Of a DNA stretch of 64,000 nucleotides, positions 61,731 through 64,000 are shown piece by piece (positions within the stretch are counted from its first letter, which is position 1; every line of letters starts with the position of its first letter). The notes beneath the pieces were generated by a model. That model was not told where the DNA came from. It made no database searches and saw nothing but the letters and a program-made list of their open reading frames with translations. The position numbers were made by a program, and so were the translations under genes. The stretch is from the NCBI RefSeq assembly GCF_030684315.1, contig NC_081371.1, positions 9,307,441 to 9,371,440 of the forward strand, read 5' to 3'. Source of the DNA: Stegostoma tigrinum. Its lineage: Eukaryota.

Positions 61731-62509
61731 TTCACCACAGCACACACTGGCCCTCTTTAAGACCCATACCCTTGGTCAGGAGCAAGAACTCTTCCATTGA
61801 CCACTGAGGTCAATGTAATTGTCATACGTTGTGCTGAGGATCAGCCAATGTTCCAAGCTCATTCAGCATGGGAATTACACTAACTGTGCGCTCAATCATT
61901 GAACAAACCTGAACTATTTTCCAAGCATTCGTGATAGTTCCTAAGACTTCTGAAGTTACGAGTGGCCTGATTGATATCACTGTACACCAAGGGTCCAGTG
62001 AGCACTGTAACATGTGTCAAGGACCTCTTCCGCTATATAAGTTTGAGAACAAGGGCAAATGCCAAACCTGTGTTGCTGAGATGTTGCTGGATCCTCTGTT
62101 TGGTTCCTAAACTTTTGTTGTTTCTCCACTGTTTGTGCCTGCTCCCCTGTGTTCACAGGACCCAAAAGAGCATGTAAATTTGAGTCTTTTTTAACCAACC
62201 CCATTAATTTGCTGTAGAGGGTTGAACCTGACCTGTATTCCTTCAGGTAGAAGGTAGTTTAAATGTAGAATGTGAAACAGATTTGAGGGGGTAGATGCAG
62301 GAAACGATCTTCTCTGGTGGTGAAATCAAGGAAGAAGGAATATTGTACAGATCAGTCTTTAGGAGGGAAATACAGGAGTCATGTTTTCACATGGGCCATT
62401 GGAGAAACCTGGGAATTCCTCTCGCCAAAATGTTATGGATGAAGGAATAATTGCAGCTTTCAAAAGACAGAAAGACTGATATACTTAGTATATTTAGATA
62501 CATATGTAT

Positions 62510-63710
62510 CTATATATTTTTAAAAAAGCACTTCTCATGACTGCTAGATGTCTCAAAGCACTTTATACCCAATGAAGTACTTGTTGAAACATAGTCGCTG
62601 TTAGAAGTTGGGAGACGTGGCAGCCAATTTGTGCCCAGTAAACTTCTACTGAGGGCAATGAGATAATGATCAGATAAAGGAGGGATACAGACTGGGGTCA
62701 CGATAGTAGAAATAACTCACCTGCTGTTCCTCACAATACAGCTATTAGATCTTTTGCGTCCACTGGAGCAAGCAGACAGAGATCTTGGTTTGACTTCTGA
62801 TCTAAAAAACAGCACCTCCCACAGTCCAGTAGTCCTTCAGTACTGCACTCGTGTGTCAGCCTTGATTATCTTTTTAACTCCATCCCTTTTACACAGTTAT
62901 ATGGCACAAAAACAGACCCTTCGGTCCAACTCATACATGCTGACCAAGTTTCCCACATTAAGCTAGCCCCACTTCCCTGCTTTCAGCCCATTTCCATCTA
63001 AACGTTTCCTATTCATGTACCTGTCCAAAATCTTTTAAATGTTCTAACTGTACCTGCGTTTGCCACTTCCTCTGGAAGTTCATTTCACATATGAACCATG
63101 TCTGTGTGGAAAGGTTGCCCCTGCCCCAGTCCGTTTCAAATCTTTCTCCTCACACCAGAACAATATGCTCTGTAATTTTGAACTATCCTTACCCTAGGGG
63201 AAAGACCTGGGGTATTCACTTTACCTAAGCCCGCCACGATTTTATAAACCTCTGTAAAGTCACCCTTCAACCTCCGACACTCCAGTGAATACAGTCCTAG
63301 CCTAACCAGTCTCTCCTAATAACTCAAATTTGTTCAGTCCCAGCAACATCTTGGTTAATGTTTTCTGAACTCTCTCCAATTTAATCATATGCTTTCTATA
63401 GCAGGGTGACCAGAACTTTAGCAGAACAGGCCTCGCTAATGTCCTGTACAACCTCAACATGACATTCCAACTCCTATTCTCAAAAAGCCTTGAGCATTGA
63501 AGGCCAATGTGCTAACTGCCTTCTTAACCACAATTTTGTATTGGACTGTTGAAGTATCCCATTGCTGTTAGTCGGAGTGTGCTCTGTGCAATTTCGCTGC
63601 CTTGATTTTTTTTCTCTCCGTACTCCAGCCCGAGGCTGGGACTTGAACGCAGGATGTTGTGATCAGAGATAAGAGTATCACCAACTGAGCCACAGCTGAC
63701 ACTACAGAGA
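62510..63710 (-). mobile_element. DeuSINE/SacSINE-like element split by a CR1 insertion
   Basis: Tail and Deu domain at 62510-62875 (CTCAAAGCACTTT..CCAATGAAGTACTT..GGCAGCCAATTTGTG..CAGTACTGCACT). tRNA-like head at about 63600-63710 (GGGACTTGAAC..CCAACTGAGCCACAGC). Confidence 0.65.
62890..63530 (-). mobile_element. CR1-like LINE 3' end
   Basis: AACAGACCCTTCGGTCCAACTC tail and GATTTTATAAACCTCTGTAAAGTCACCCTTCAACCTCC (antisense RLKGDFTEVYKI). Confidence 0.85.
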
Positions 63711-64000
63711 TTGCGATGGGTATTGTAGAGAGAGAACTGGTATGGGTGAATAGAGCTGCACTTGAGATCAGTCATGATCTCATCAAAGTGTGAACAGTCT
63801 CAGGGGTGAAGTAACCTAATTCTGTTACATTGTGTTTCAAAGGAGAAAGATCCGACTGTGAACGTCTTCCCTGTGTGCTGTCTGAAAGATTTTTGAGCTG
63901 AGAATTCAGTGTGTAATTGATGAGGCTTTCTAGCATTTTTTTTGGTTGGGGGTGGGGGAACAAGAAAGAGATCATAGTTTATTTTCAGTTTTGCATGTTA

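Noticed and set aside
266-63975. Most 60-160 aa ORFs in the supplied track
   Set aside because: They lack recognisable domains, many use non-ATG starts, and those with motifs are LINE, SINE or PLE fragments or their antisense frames. No host gene can be supported.

Overview
This is eukaryotic, repeat-rich, non-coding DNA. The SINE/LINE inventory (HE1-type tRNA SINEs, CR1/HER1-like LINE 3' ends, DeuSINE/SacSINE-like elements) points to an elasmobranch (shark-like) genome. I recognise no host protein-coding exon, so the window looks intronic or intergenic, and almost all listed ORFs are spurious or transposon-derived. The most notable content is a set of Penelope-like retroelement (PLE) sequences: two GIY-YIG endonuclease fragments, a 1.17-kb fold-back PLE with a 15-bp target-site duplication (TSD), and several 100-250-bp non-autonomous PLE derivatives. 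Together they carry about 13 minimal hammerhead-ribozyme (HHR) motifs from at least four sequence families. Five elements are snap-back palindromes with a constant ~35-nt unpaired tail, and one appears to have captured neighbouring genomic DNA. Also present are three local direct duplications that each enclose ~540 bp of unrelated filler, an apparently single-ORF LINE sharing its 5' region with short SINE-like copies, a solo LTR, a split 42-bp minisatellite and a few candidate regulatory regions. Family names come from recalled consensus sequences, not from searches, and boundaries of degraded repeats are approximate.
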